Source: Lama guanicoe (Eukaryota). From it: 64,000 nucleotides of DNA. A model generated the notes under the pieces. That model ran no database searches. It worked only from the letters and a program-made list of their open reading frames with translations, and had not been told where the DNA came from. Made by a program: the position numbers and the translations under genes. Numbering within the stretch: the stretch's first letter is position 1; the number at the start of each line of letters is the position of its first letter. Positions 38,135 to 49,725 of the stretch are shown in pieces. Where the stretch lies: assembly GCA_013239625.1 (NCBI GenBank), contig MU053493.1, positions 1,497,793 to 1,561,792 on the forward strand, in the 5' to 3' direction.

Positions 38135-38900
38135 TTTTAAAAATTGAAGTATATCAGTTTACAATGTTGTGTCAATTTCTGGTGTACAGCATAATGCCTC
38201 AATCATACATATACTTACCTATATTCTTTTCATATTCTTTTTCACTATAGGCTACTACAAGATATTGAATATAGTTCCCCTGTGCTATACAGAAGAAAGT
38301 TGTTGTTAATCTATTTTATATACAATAGTTAGTATCTGCAAATCTCAAACTCCCAATTTATCCTTTTCCATCCCCAGTTCCTCCTGGTAACCATAAGTTT
38401 GTTCTCTATGTCTGTGAGTCTGTTTCTATTTTGTAAATAAGTTCATTTGTGCCTTTTATTTTTAGATTCCACATATAAATGATATCATATGGTATTTTTC
38501 TTTCCCTTTCTGGCTTACTTCACTTAGAATGACAAGCTCCAGGTCCACCCACGTTGCTGCAAATGGCATTATTTTATTCTTTTTTATGGCTGAGTAGTAT
38601 TCCATTTTATATACATACCAATCTTCTTTATCCATTTATCAGTCGATGGACATTTAGGTTGCTTCCATGTCTTGGCTATTGTAAATAGTGCTGCTATGAA
38701 CAGGGTACATGCATCTTTTTGAATTAGAGTTCCCTCTGGATATATACCCAAGAGTGAGATTGCTGGAGCATATGGTAAGTCTACTTTTAGGACTTTTTTG
38801 AGGACTCTCCATTCTGTTTTCCATAATGGCTGCACCAAACTAAATTCCTACCTACTGTGTAGGAGGCTTCCCTTTTCTCCACACCCGCTCCAGCATTTAA
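38135..38900 (-). mobile_element. Lineage-specific L1 3' end
   Basis: Minus-strand ORF VQPLWKT..DLPYAPAISLLGIYP..KTWKQPKCPSTDKWIKK; 3' UTR like 9660-10336. Confidence 0.9.
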
Positions 38901-38959
38901 CGTTTGTTTGTTTATTTGTTTGCTGTGTATAGATAATTTTTCCTCCTCCTTTTCCAATT

Positions 38960-39806
38960 TTTTAAAATTTTGGTAAACTTTTTGTTGAAGTAGAACAGAA
39001 ACGCAGAAAAGGACACAAATGCTAAGTGAACAACCAGGTGCACATGGGGAACACGTCTGTGCTACTGCACCCAGATCAAGACAGAACACAACCAGCACCC
39101 CAGACGCTTCCCCTAATGCCTACTCCCCCAAGAAGCCACTGCCGCTATCAAGGAGTTCTGCCGATTTTGAACTTCGTACGCGTGGTCTTACACAGGCCAT
39201 AATCTAATGTCAGAGCTGATGTCTTCCCCTCAACTCTCCATGTATGAGGTTCATCTGTGTCATGTGCAGGAAGTAGATGGCTCATGCTCATTGCTGTGAA
39301 GGTTCTTTTTGTGGAGATACAAACGTTTTCTTGTTTACTCTACCATTGATGGGAATTTGGGTAGTTCCCCAAGTTTGGTTATTACCAAGTGCTGCTTACA
39401 CAACTTTTGGTGAAATACATACACGTTTCTGTTGGGTGTGTTCCTGGGAGTGGGACTGCTGTGTCGTCGCTATGCCTGTGCCCACCTTTGGTAACACGTT
39501 TCCAAAGGGATGATGCCAATGTCCACTCCCTGCCCCAGCAGCCTGTGACTTCTGCTTTCTGCGCACCTTCAGCAACACTCAGGAATCTTTTTCATTTTAG
39601 CCTTTTTGGTGTGTGGATGGTGGTATTGCATTACAGTTTTCCTTTTTAAAACAAGTTATCTCTCCATAGCTTTATTAAGATGTAATATATCCAGTTAAAG
39701 TGTACAATTCAGGGCAGGGGGAGGGTATAGCTCAGTGATAGAGCAGATGTTGAGCATGCACGAGGTCCTGGGTTCAATCCCTAGTCCCTTAAAATAAATA
39801 AATTTA

Positions 39807-39838
<32 letters not shown>

Positions 39839-40815
39839 ACATAATTACCCCCCACACACAAACAAACAAAACCAAAATAAAGTGTACAACTCATTTTAGA
39901 ATATTTTCATCACCCACAAAAGGAAACCCAAGACCCTTTAGCTATTACCCCTTACACTCTATGCCTCCCAGCCCCTGGCAACCACTAATCTATTTTGTCT
40001 CTACAGACTTGCCTATTCTGGACATTTCATATAAAAGGGATAACATAACATGTGGTCTTTTGTGACTAGCTTCTTTCAATTAGCTTGCTGTTTTCAAGGT
40101 TCATCCATGCCATATCATGAATTAGTATTTCATTCTTTTTATGGCCAAGTAATATTCCATTGTATAAATATAACACATTTGGTTTATTCATTCATCAGCT
40201 GAAGAACATTTAATTTGTGCTCACTTTTTGCCTCTTACAGGAGCTGCTGCTGTGAATATTCAAATACAAATGGTTGTGCAGACATACACCTTCATTTCTT
40301 TTGGGTCTATACCTTGGAGCAGAATTGCTGGCTCAAATGGTAACTCTCTGTTTAACTTTTGAGGAACTTCCAGACTGTTTTCCAAAGTGTCTGCACCATT
40401 TGACATTCCCACCAGCAAGGTCTAGGAGTTCTGATTTCTCTGCATTTTCACCATTATTGGTTATCATTTCTTTTTCTGATTACATTCTCCTGTGTGTGGT
40501 GGCATCTCATTTGGTTTTAATGTTCTGCAGTTTTAATTGGTGTTTCCTTGGTGACTAAGGAGGTTGAGCACTTTCTTGTATGTTTACTGGGCACCAGAAC
40601 ATATCCTCTTGAAGTGCCCACCCAGACCTTCAGCCACAGTTTTCCTGTTGGGCTCTCTGCCATCTTCTTGTTGATTTCTTGGGCTCCTTTATGTCTTCTG
40701 GATAGGAGTCCTTTGTCAATTATGTGTGTTGCCAACATCCTCTCCCAGTGTGGCTTGCTTTTTCACTCTGTAATGGAATCTTTTGAACATACGTTCTTTA
40801 TTTTAATATAGTCAG
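38960..40815 (-). mobile_element. Old L1M fragments (nested L1ME/L1MB-like 3' regions)
   Basis: ccctggcaaccactaatctatt, ttttcaaggttcatccatg, actttttgaggaacttccagactgttttccaaagtg. Confidence 0.75.
39717..39877 (+). mobile_element. Vic-1-like SINE, long form with (TAAA)n
   Basis: Canonical head; TSD taaagtgtacaa(t/c)tca at about 39696-39711 and 39878-39893. Confidence 0.9.
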
Positions 40816-40872
40816 CTCACTTTATCCATTTTCTTCTTCCTCTCTTTTCCTCCTTGTCTTCTTCATCTTCCT

Positions 40873-40949
40873 TTTTTTTTAATGGAGATACTGGGGATTG
40901 TACCCAGGAATTTATGCATGCTAACCATGCATTCTACCACTGAGATTGA
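40873..40949 (-). mobile_element. Vic-1-like SINE, short form
   Basis: Poly(T), then aatggagatactggggattgtacccagg...ttctaccactgag. Confidence 0.8.
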
Positions 40950-41913
40950 GTTATTACCTACATCCACCCCATCTTCTTCTTTTTTTCATCTCTTTAGGGA
41001 AGACAGAAGGCATCACCACCATCCTTGTAGAGGTCAGTTTGACCATAATGGCCAAGTTCAGTGGCAACTTCCTGTTCCAAGTTTATAACCTTCAATGTTG
41101 CTCCCTCACAGGCAAGCCTGGGTGAAAACTGAGTGGTTGTGAGGCCAAGGCTACCACCAATATGGTACCAGTGAGTGTCCCATTGTCCACTGGCAGTGAG
41201 TTTGTCCCTTCATTCATGCTCAAACAGCTGAACAACCCCATCAGAGACCCTCCTTGGAGGGCTTGACTGAATCAGTCTGGGTCCAGTCTGAAAACCAGAA
41301 ATCACTCTAGGTATTTGACATACAGGCAAGTGAGACAGAGAACAGGTTACAAAGGTGTGGACAGATGGAAAAGTGAAAGAGAGAAAGAGAGGGCCAGTAT
41401 ACAGAAGGGAAGAGGGATGGGATCCGATGTAAGCAGCACTAATACCGCAGCCACAGCATTGTTTTTGGAACTGGACTTGACTCCTACAACTGACTCTCTC
41501 TAGTTCCTAGGTACCTGAAAATTTACTGAAAACTCCTGTGAATTCTTCCCGCATTATGAGCATTCTTAATACGTGAACAAGCTTGCAACAGACATGCAGA
41601 CAACTTTCCCTCTGAAGTTTCCCCGTATGTCAACGGGCTGATCATTCCCCAGCTCTGGCATCCTCCAGGTGACAACGAGAAGCAAAACTCATGCCTCACG
41701 ATGGGACAGCTGGCATACATCACCTTCAAAAAGAGTTAAAGGTGACTGTCCAATTACAAAGGAGTGGATTTATGGGTAGCAAAAGGAGCCAACTTTGTTT
41801 AGCCTGAGCGGTGATGCTAAGTGTAAGGTTTGCTAGCAATGTGCTACCATTTCCCAGATTCAGAGTCATGTGCCAGGCACTTAGGTGTCTCAGGGTGACT
41901 CTGTGAACTCTTC

Positions 41914-42058
41914 TTTTTTGTTTTGTTTTGTTTTGGGGTGGGGTGGGAGCAGGTAATTGGAGTTTTTTTCTTTTTAATAGAGGTACTGGGGATTGAACCC
42001 AAGACCTCATGAAGGCAAGGCATGCGCTCTACCACTGAGGTCTACCCACCCCACCCCC
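41914..42058 (-). mobile_element. Vic-1-like SINE, long form
   Basis: gaggtactggggattgaacccaagacctc...ctctaccactgag. Confidence 0.85.
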
Positions 42059-42485
42059 ACTTTTGAACAGCTCTTGACAAAGTGAATAGATTCAATGTTA
42101 TCTCCAGCTCAGTTCACAACGGGTGTATAAGGGGGTGAAAGAGAGAGGAATGCACAAAATATTTAAAAGACATGTGTTAGGAAGCCATTTTCATAACATG
42201 ATCTATGGTTTCAGATCACTAAATATTGTAAGTAACGCATATGAGCCCTAAAGCAGGGCTCTGGGTCCTCAGAGCACAAGCACTTATGCCTGCAGGTCAC
42301 ACTCATGTTGCCCCGTGAAAGGAAGCTGTAAGGACTCAGTGTGTTAGAGACAATGTGATCTTGGGTCTGGAGCCAGAAATATGGCAAGCATACATACTTG
42401 GAGAAATTCAAATTTTAAAACACATACTTGTCCTTGTTTGCTAAAAAAAATTAAGATTAAAATAATTTTAAAGAAGCACTAATAC

Positions 42486-42976
42486 TATAATAGGGAAGAA
42501 CAAACCTGACTCCATATTAGATCTGTTCCCTTGGCTCTAACCCTGCGCTCTCTTTCCTGGGCTTAGTCAGGCTGGTTCTGCACCTTTTGTAAAAGAATGT
42601 TGCGTGGAGCCTGAAATAGACAGGAGAGCCCATTCTCAAGGCTCTGACCTTTAAGGGTGTAACACTCTTCCATTCACAGAGATAAAAAGTTGCAGAACAG
42701 AGAATAACATTTGTCTTGTTGGAGTTTCACAGGAACATTGTGACCTGACCCACGTGGTCAGCTGCAAGGACAAAGGATTCCAGCACCAAGAAGTCTGCAA
42801 TGACCAACCACACCTCCTCCCCTTCTGACTTGGGTAGGATGGTTCTCCAAGACGTTATTCCCCCATCTTCTCGGTCTGTTGGCTTTCCAAATAAAGTTGT
42901 TATTCTTCACAACACCTCATCTCCCAATTTCTTGGCCTGTTGTGCGGTGAACAGAACGAGATTGGACTCAGTAACA
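42486..42976 (+). mobile_element. MER41-like ERV1 solo LTR
   Basis: Starts tataatagggaagaacaaacctgactccat (same start as the 57384 copy), aataaa at 42890-42895, ends cagtaaca; 4-bp TSD atac at 42482-42485 and 42977-42980. Confidence 0.8.
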
Positions 42977-43494
42977 ATACCTTTGGGCTACAGCCCAGAG
43001 CTTGCACCCTCTGCTGCCCTACTGGAGAAGCCAGGGCTGTGGAAGAAAATGATGCTGTTAGCCCTGGATCTGGGAAGGGGCACCTTCTCGGCCAGGGCTG
43101 CGATTGCTGATGAAGGACTATGATTGCCTCTGCTAGGGGTGCTGGGGTCTGGGATCACCCAGTCACTGCTGCTACCACTGTCATCCTGTCGGAGCAGATG
43201 CTGCTTCCTCCCGCCTGCCCTCTGAGCTCCTCCAGGCCTCCCAGCAGGACCTGACAAGACGCAGCAGGCATGGAGCCTGGGACACGCTGTTCCCCTGGGA
43301 CCCCAGAGCGGACCTCAGGGGGAAGGGGCCAGCACAGCTCACCTGGGTGGGGCACCATCCACATTCTTCCACCTGGTGCTGGGCTCTCCCCTCACGTGGG
43401 GTTCGCAGACCACTTTCTGTGCGAGGCTCTGCTGAGCCCACGGCATGGCTCTGTCCTGGGGCTGCTGGTTTCTGCATATCTTCTTCACTCAGAG

Positions 43495-43575
43495 AGAGTT
43501 TCCTGAGGGCAGACACTGTGCCTGATTTGGGCCCACACCATAGCCCTGGTGTTTGTTGAATGAATAAGTGAATCA
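43495..43575 (+). mobile_element. L2 3' end remnant
   Basis: ttcctgagggcagacactgtg...tttgttgaatgaataagtgaat. Confidence 0.55.
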
Positions 43576-43802
43576 GAAATGAAGGCATGAGAAGTCTGCC
43601 CTTGCAAAAATTGGGGAGTAGGTTGGGGGGCTTTTCTCTCTGGGTATCTTCTGTCCACGCTCCCAAGATCCTAGACTCGTGATCACCAGCAGGGCCCTCT
43701 CAGCCCCAGCATTCATGTCTGGACCCTGAGCCTGGTGTTTAGGGTCGTGAGATTGGTACCATGCTGTCAAGGGCTCGCTCCCAAGCCTTGTGGCAGAGAA
43801 CA

Positions 43803-43835
43803 CAGCTGGCTATTTATAGCCAGGACTATTTATAG
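43803..43835. promoter_or_regulatory. E-box plus two MEF2 consensus sites
   Basis: cagctg at 43803-43808; ctatttatag at 43810-43819 and 43826-43835. Confidence 0.4.
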
Positions 43836-43849
43836 AGAGTTTATGGGAA

Positions 43850-44040
43850 AATAGTTATGGGTTTGAACAAATTTCGGAAATTTGGGTTTAAGCAGATTAA
43901 ACATGTTTTTTTACTGTCTGAGATAGTCAGTTTCTCAGATTTTCAATATGACAATATGATGCTCCAAGAAGGGCACACATTGAGCTGAATTCCCCAACCT
44001 ATGTAATCAAAAAGGTCTTCTTTTTAGGAACACCTAGGCA
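43850..44040. mobile_element. MER103C-like hAT-Charlie fossil
   Basis: tgggtttaagcagattaaacatgttttttactg, ctccaagaaggg, ttccccaacctat resemble the recalled consensus. Confidence 0.5.
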
Positions 44041-44149
44041 GAATTTGGTAGTTGGTAAAATCTGACTTTAAATGTATTTACTTTTTTTTTAATCTTTGAA
44101 TACAGGGGCAACACGTGCATATACTATGAAATTCAACAGACACAGACAC

Positions 44150-44300
44150 AATAGCACTCAGCCACGAAAAAGAAGGAAATCTTGCCATTTTCAACAACGT
44201 GCATGGAACTCAAGGGCATTATGCTAGTGAAATACATCAGACAGAGAGAGAGAAATACTGTATAATCTCACTTTTGTGTAGAAGCTAAAAAAAAAATCCC
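44150..44300 (+). mobile_element. L1 3' fragment
   Basis: ctcagccacgaaaaagaaggaaatcttgccattt...cattatgctagtgaaat. Confidence 0.75.
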
Positions 44301-44322
44301 AAACAAACCAAATCCTCCCCTA

Positions 44323-44420
44323 CTTACTCTCTCTGAGCCTGAGTTTCCCCATCTGTATCATGACCTGCCGCTCAGGCTGGTGGAGGGAACTGAAGCATGT
44401 ACATGCAGAGCTGGGCTCTG
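44323..44420 (+). mobile_element. MIR core remnant
   Basis: ctctctgagcctgagtttccccatctgta. Confidence 0.6.
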
Positions 44421-46088
44421 AGCCTCCACTGAGCAAGTCTGGAGGCTTCTATCTGCTGGGGAAGCCAAGATGTGTCATCCAACCAATGAAAATCAGGCTG
44501 CAGGAAGCGGCTCCTCTCTTGCTCACCTTCAGGGTCTGTGACCCACAGGAAGAGAGCTCTGTCTCCCCAGTTGCACTGCATTCTGGGGACGTGACCAAGA
44601 TCTTGCACCTGGAGGAAGCATTCAGCTACTCCTGTGATTAAAACCATCACCCCCGACCAGAGCACCCATCATTCACCATGGCTCCCAGTGCTTGGTGGGA
44701 TATGTTATGTGGAAACATGGCCTGGCTCAAGCCCTGGTAGCTTGGGAACATCTCAGAAGCCACATCTCAGAGAGCACATGGAGACCTGCATTCCCCCCTT
44801 GGGGAGATGCTCAGCTCAGGACTGGAAGCTTCAGCCTAGAACGAACTCTGCAGCATTATGTGAAGTCTGAAAAACTTGCTAATAAAATACCAGCTGGAAT
44901 CAATTTTTAGCCTAGACTTTCCAGGCACCCAATTTCAGAAAGCCTTGTAGTTCTTTCTGGAAGAGAAGCAAGAAGGTCTTGCCAAGGACTGGTTGGTCCT
45001 CTTGCTCTGACAGCCCACTCTGGGTCAGGGAGGCTTGCTGCAAAGCAGATTTTGGAAACCAAAGTGGGGTTCATTGCTGCTGGAGACTAGAAGTGTGTGC
45101 AGAATCTTCCCGCAATGATGGGCAATTGTGCTCACAGCATCTTGGGAGAATCCTTATCAGAGAGGCGGGTCCCTCTTCGAACCTGCCAGACCCTGATTGT
45201 ACCTCCTCATGGGAAGGAGTTGTCTGTTGCATGAAGCTGGGTACTCCACGTTCTGTGTGCCCCTTCCCAGATCAGGCTGCACCCCCCTTGTGAGGGAAAA
45301 GGACATGAAACAGCCTGAGAATTCCTGAGACTTAAGGTTGTCTGCTGCCCTGGGGTCCAACCTCCGCCCAAGGGAGCAGTGGGAGACAGGTCACTCCTCT
45401 CTGTCAGGATCCTGAGACGGGGCGGATGCAGATGGCCCCCTGCCATCCAGCCCCAGGCTTCCCTTGGTCCTGGGAAAGGGATGGATCTGAGGATTGGAGA
45501 ATCCCACCTTCACCAGAAGGCAGGACAGTGAAGCTGGGATCTCAGAAGTACTGGGCATGCCAGTCATTACTGGAAAAGAAGGAAATGAAGGCCATTGGTT
45601 AATGCTGCCTTCTTGGCATCCTCTAAGCTCTGTCTCACTGGATGAATGTGCATGGAAGGAGCCCACTCTGATGTGTCAGACCCATGAGTCCCCGACCCCT
45701 GCTGGTTCAGGTTTGGCCAGAATCATGAGCAAAGACCACCAGCATCCAAATGAAGCCCATTGAGTCCAGCCTCCAGACCACAGAACCCCTATGTGGGGCC
45801 AGAGAGGGTGGAGAAAGCTGGGCTTTGCTGGATTTCACAACCACGTGCTGGTGGGCTGGGGGTGCCGGCCACACACAAGACCTTCCAGCAAGGAGCAGTA
45901 GAACAAAGCTGAAAGATGGGTGCACCTTGGGACCAAGTCCTTGTGGGACCAATTTAGGGCCAGGAAACTGCAAACATATTGGGTTACAGGGCCTGATGGT
46001 GCTGTTGGAGAACAAATCACAGCTGGGAGGGAGAGAAAGGAGAGCCCGCCTGCCTGCCAGACCCTGGGACAAGACCGAATACAAGGGC

Positions 46089-46549
46089 TTGACAGATGAC
46101 TGGATAAAGAAGATGTAGTATATATACACACAATGGAATACTAATCAGCCATAAAAAAGAACAAAATAATGCCATTTGCAGCAACATGGATGGACCTGGA
46201 GATTGTGACTCTAAGCAAAGTAACCAGAAAGAGAAAAAAATATCATGTGATATCACTTATATGTGGAATCTAAAAGAAAAAGGACACAAATGAATTTATC
46301 TACAAAACAGAAAGACTCACAGACATAGAGAACAAACTTATGGTTACCACAGGGAAAAGGGGTGGGAAGGGATAAATCAGGAGTTCGAAAATTGCACCAC
46401 TTGGGAAGTGATGGAAATGTTAACTATCTTGATTATGGTGGTGGTTTCATGGGTGTATACATCTATCAAACTTCATCAAATTATACATCTGAAATATGTG
46501 TAGTTTACTATACAGTAATCATACCACAATAAAGGTGTTTAAAAAAAAA
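46089..46549 (+). mobile_element. Composite L1 3' end (young-type 46089-46397, older L1M-type tail 46400-46549)
   Basis: The first part matches 9810-10128; the second is an L1MB/MC-like tail; putative TSD gaat(a/t)ca(a/g)gggc at 46077-46088 and 46550-46561. Confidence 0.75.
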
Positions 46550-47581
46550 GAATTCAGGGGCCCAGCTCAGAGCTGGCAATGTCAGTTCGAGGTGGGAAGA
46601 AAGAGGATGTGGGTGTTCTTTGGTTACTTAACATCAGACCCCTCACGTGGGAGGACAGGGGCCACACCCAGCCCAGGACTCCCGCCCTAAACTCCTTTCA
46701 TCCTGGCCAGTGGATCACGGGGCAGAGAGCTGTAATTGCTTTACTTTCTGGGGAGTTCGGCAGATCCCAACACGAATGGGGAAATTTAAGGGATCACCCT
46801 TGACTTGCCAAGATTTGAGGGAGGGTGGTTTTAGACAGCTGTGGCCATTGTATCATTTATTTCTTGACACATAATAAACCACCCCAAAACAGCAGCATAA
46901 AATAAAAAATGTGAGTTCTCTGGCTGCTGGGTCTGGGAGTGAACCAGGCTCAGCCAGGCAGTTCCCGGGCTTCTGCCAATGGCTGCCTGAGGGAACGCCG
47001 AATCTTCCAGTGTTTCTAGATGTTGTAGAAAACCAATTTTCTTAAATATGGAAACGTCTCATTTTTAGCTAATTTAAAACCTACAGGGGTTACACAAGAG
47101 CAGCCCAGGGGCAGCCAGCCTATCCCTCTGCCTGGCCTCGTGAGGTCAGTTTGGAAGGGCTCAGGACCAGTAAGGGATTCCAGAAGCTTCTCTATTCAGC
47201 ACACTGGTGTTCAGGCCAGTCACGGACGAAGGGTGGAGTGATAAAGGAGTGAGGAGCGTGGCAAGGCACCTGGGTCACAGCTCAGGGGTTCCCACAGGGC
47301 AGAGAATCTTCCTGAACTCTGCTATTTTTCCCCTGAAGACCACTTTTTGCCAACTTCCCCAGCAAAGCACACCTTCCTGAAAGACCATGAGCCCAGCCAC
47401 ACTGGAGGGTAAGTGGCTACTGAATCATAACAGAATTCTGCCTCCCTGGGACAGTTGTCCTTTACCAGAAGCAGAAGACTGTGGAGTCAGAGTGCAAAGC
47501 TTTCATGGTAACATCTCGAACTAACAGGTGGGAGTCAAAAAGGGTGTGAGATGATTGTCTTCACCAAGCCTTCGAATTTGT

Positions 47582-48135
47582 GTGTCATCACCATTATCAT
47601 CATCACTGTTGTCATCATCACCACAACCATCATCACCATCGTTACCCCCACCAGCACCATCATCACCATCATCACAATCACTATTGTCATGATCACCACA
47701 ACCATCATTGCTTTCATCACCATCATCACCACAACCATCATCACTATCATCACCATCATCATCACTACCATTATCACCACCATTATCATCACTACAGTCA
47801 TCACCATTAGCATCCCCTCATCATCATCACCACCACCATCAGTATCATGATAATCACTATTGTCATCATCACCACAAACATCATCACTATCATCACCATC
47901 ATCATCACTACCATTATCACTACTGTCATCATCACTACAATCATCACCATCACCACCACCATCATCACCATTACCATCCCACCATCATCATCACCACCAC
48001 TGTTTGCATTACAATCATAATCACTACCATCTCATCAGCAGCAGCAGCTTCATCCTCATCACATCATCACTACCATCCCACCATCATCATCACCACTACC
48101 ACCACCATCCCTACTACCATCACCATCATTATCAG
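47582..48135. repeat. Degenerate (CAT/CAC)n trinucleotide tract, about 550 bp
   Basis: Directly visible catcatcaccaccat runs. Confidence 0.95.
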
Positions 48136-48462
48136 CCCACAATAACAACACCCCATCTTAGCTTCAGGTGGAAGGACATTTCTTGCTTCTTCCATACCTA
48201 TCATCCTCTCTGGCCCTGGACATTCATGTCCCACAGTGGCCTCTGTGGGGCCCACATCAGTCACATGCTAAAAGCCTCCAGAGAGAGACACCAGAGAGCA
48301 AGCCAAGCCTGTCCATGCTGGCCCCGAGTCACCGAGCATCTGCTGTGTACCAGGCTGGTGCTGGGTTCTGCACCTTCCTCCTTTAGCCCCTGGCTGAGTC
48401 CCCAAAGCCAACCTTCCTTCCTCCCCTTGTTGGCCTCCATCTGGAGGACTTGGCCCTCTGAT

Positions 48463-48600
48463 TCCACCTTTCTCTGCCTGCTCCACCTGCCTGTCAGCTA
48501 CTGCACTGCGGGGAGCCGCTCGTGACGGAGGGCTGCCGAGCACAAAACTTGGGATATCCACCTTTCTCTGCCTGCTCCACCTGCCTGTCAGCTACTGCAC
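48463..48600. repeat. Perfect 44-bp direct repeat around a 50-bp spacer
   Basis: tccacctttctctgcctgctccacctgcctgtcagctactgcac at 48463-48506 and 48557-48600. Confidence 0.95.
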
Positions 48601-49344
48601 GAGTAGGTGCCCAAAATACTTCTGTTAAACAAGCAAATGTCCATCCATGGATGTAGCTCCCACAAAGCAGGCATCAGGTGGCCATTTGGCCACCAGTCTT
48701 CCTTCTGACAGCCCAGTGATGCACCATTCAGTTCCCTTAGTTATGGAATTGGGTTGAGGGGACACCTGACATGGGCAAGGCAAATTTCATGGAAGTGTCT
48801 TACCATGACGTCTTCAGAGGAGGCTCTGTCTTGAGGTCATGTCACACGACACAGACTGTCAAGTTCAACAGGACTCGGACAGGCCTAGTGTGCTCAAGGC
48901 AGAATGGGTTGTTTGGATTATTAAATGCAGTTGTAAGTTTGAAAAATATATATATATTTACTTATACTTAACAAAGCACTAGGCAGAGCGAAAGTCATGT
49001 TTTCTTTCTCAGCAGGGTGGAGAGGGACCCTGAGGCTCTGGAGGGAGTCAGGATGTATGCTCTTGTCCTATTTTCTCAGTGGCTCACCCAGTGAGACCCT
49101 GGAGCAGCCCTGAGCCTCTGCAGAACATTGATCTGTCAGTTGTGCAATGAGGAGATTGCACGGAAAGCATCCAGTGTTCCTCCAAGATGCAGGGCTGCAC
49201 CACCATCCTGTTGACATTTCCCAGCAAAGCCTGTAAGGCTGTGGGTTGGTGGCATCTTGAAGACTCAGCAATGCAGACATTTCTGTACAGAATTGCCATG
49301 GAGGCCACCCCTACACTGAGCAGGCACCTGCAGGGGCCACCCTG

Positions 49345-49725
49345 GTACTCCCATAGGTGCCATGACAGTTTCAAGGCTGACCATAAAAGGTCAAAAAGTG
49401 GGTGATGACCCAACTCCTGGGAATCCCAGCCCCTTCCCCAAAGTAGTTGGAATAACCCTCCCACTTGTTAGCATATGAAGCTACCAAGCCCATAAAAACT
49501 AACAACCCCACACCTCGTGGCCACTCTCCCTTCTGAGTGAGATGGCCTGCACCCTGTCTGTGGAGTGTGCATCTCTCTGAGTAAATCTACTTTTACTCAA
49601 CTATGGCTCACTCTTGAATTCTTTCCTGCACGTAGCCAAGGAACCTCACTTGATGGGGCGTATCCCAAGGACTCGCCTGAGACCTGGGCATGGCCATCCT
49701 CTCATGTCCCATTTTTTCTGTATCA
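49345..49725 (+). mobile_element. ERV1-type LTR, 3' portion (5' boundary uncertain)
   Basis: ggtgccatgacagtt, cataaaa TATA-like site, agtaaa poly(A) variant, ttgaattctttcctgcacgtagccaaggaacc U5-like segment, CA end. Confidence 0.7.

Noticed and set aside
47535..48525. Poly-His, poly-Ile/Thr and poly-Met/Val ORFs
   Set aside because: These are translations of the CAT/CAC simple repeat.
48463..48600. CRISPR-like repeat-spacer-repeat
   Set aside because: Only two repeats, a mammalian context and no cas genes.
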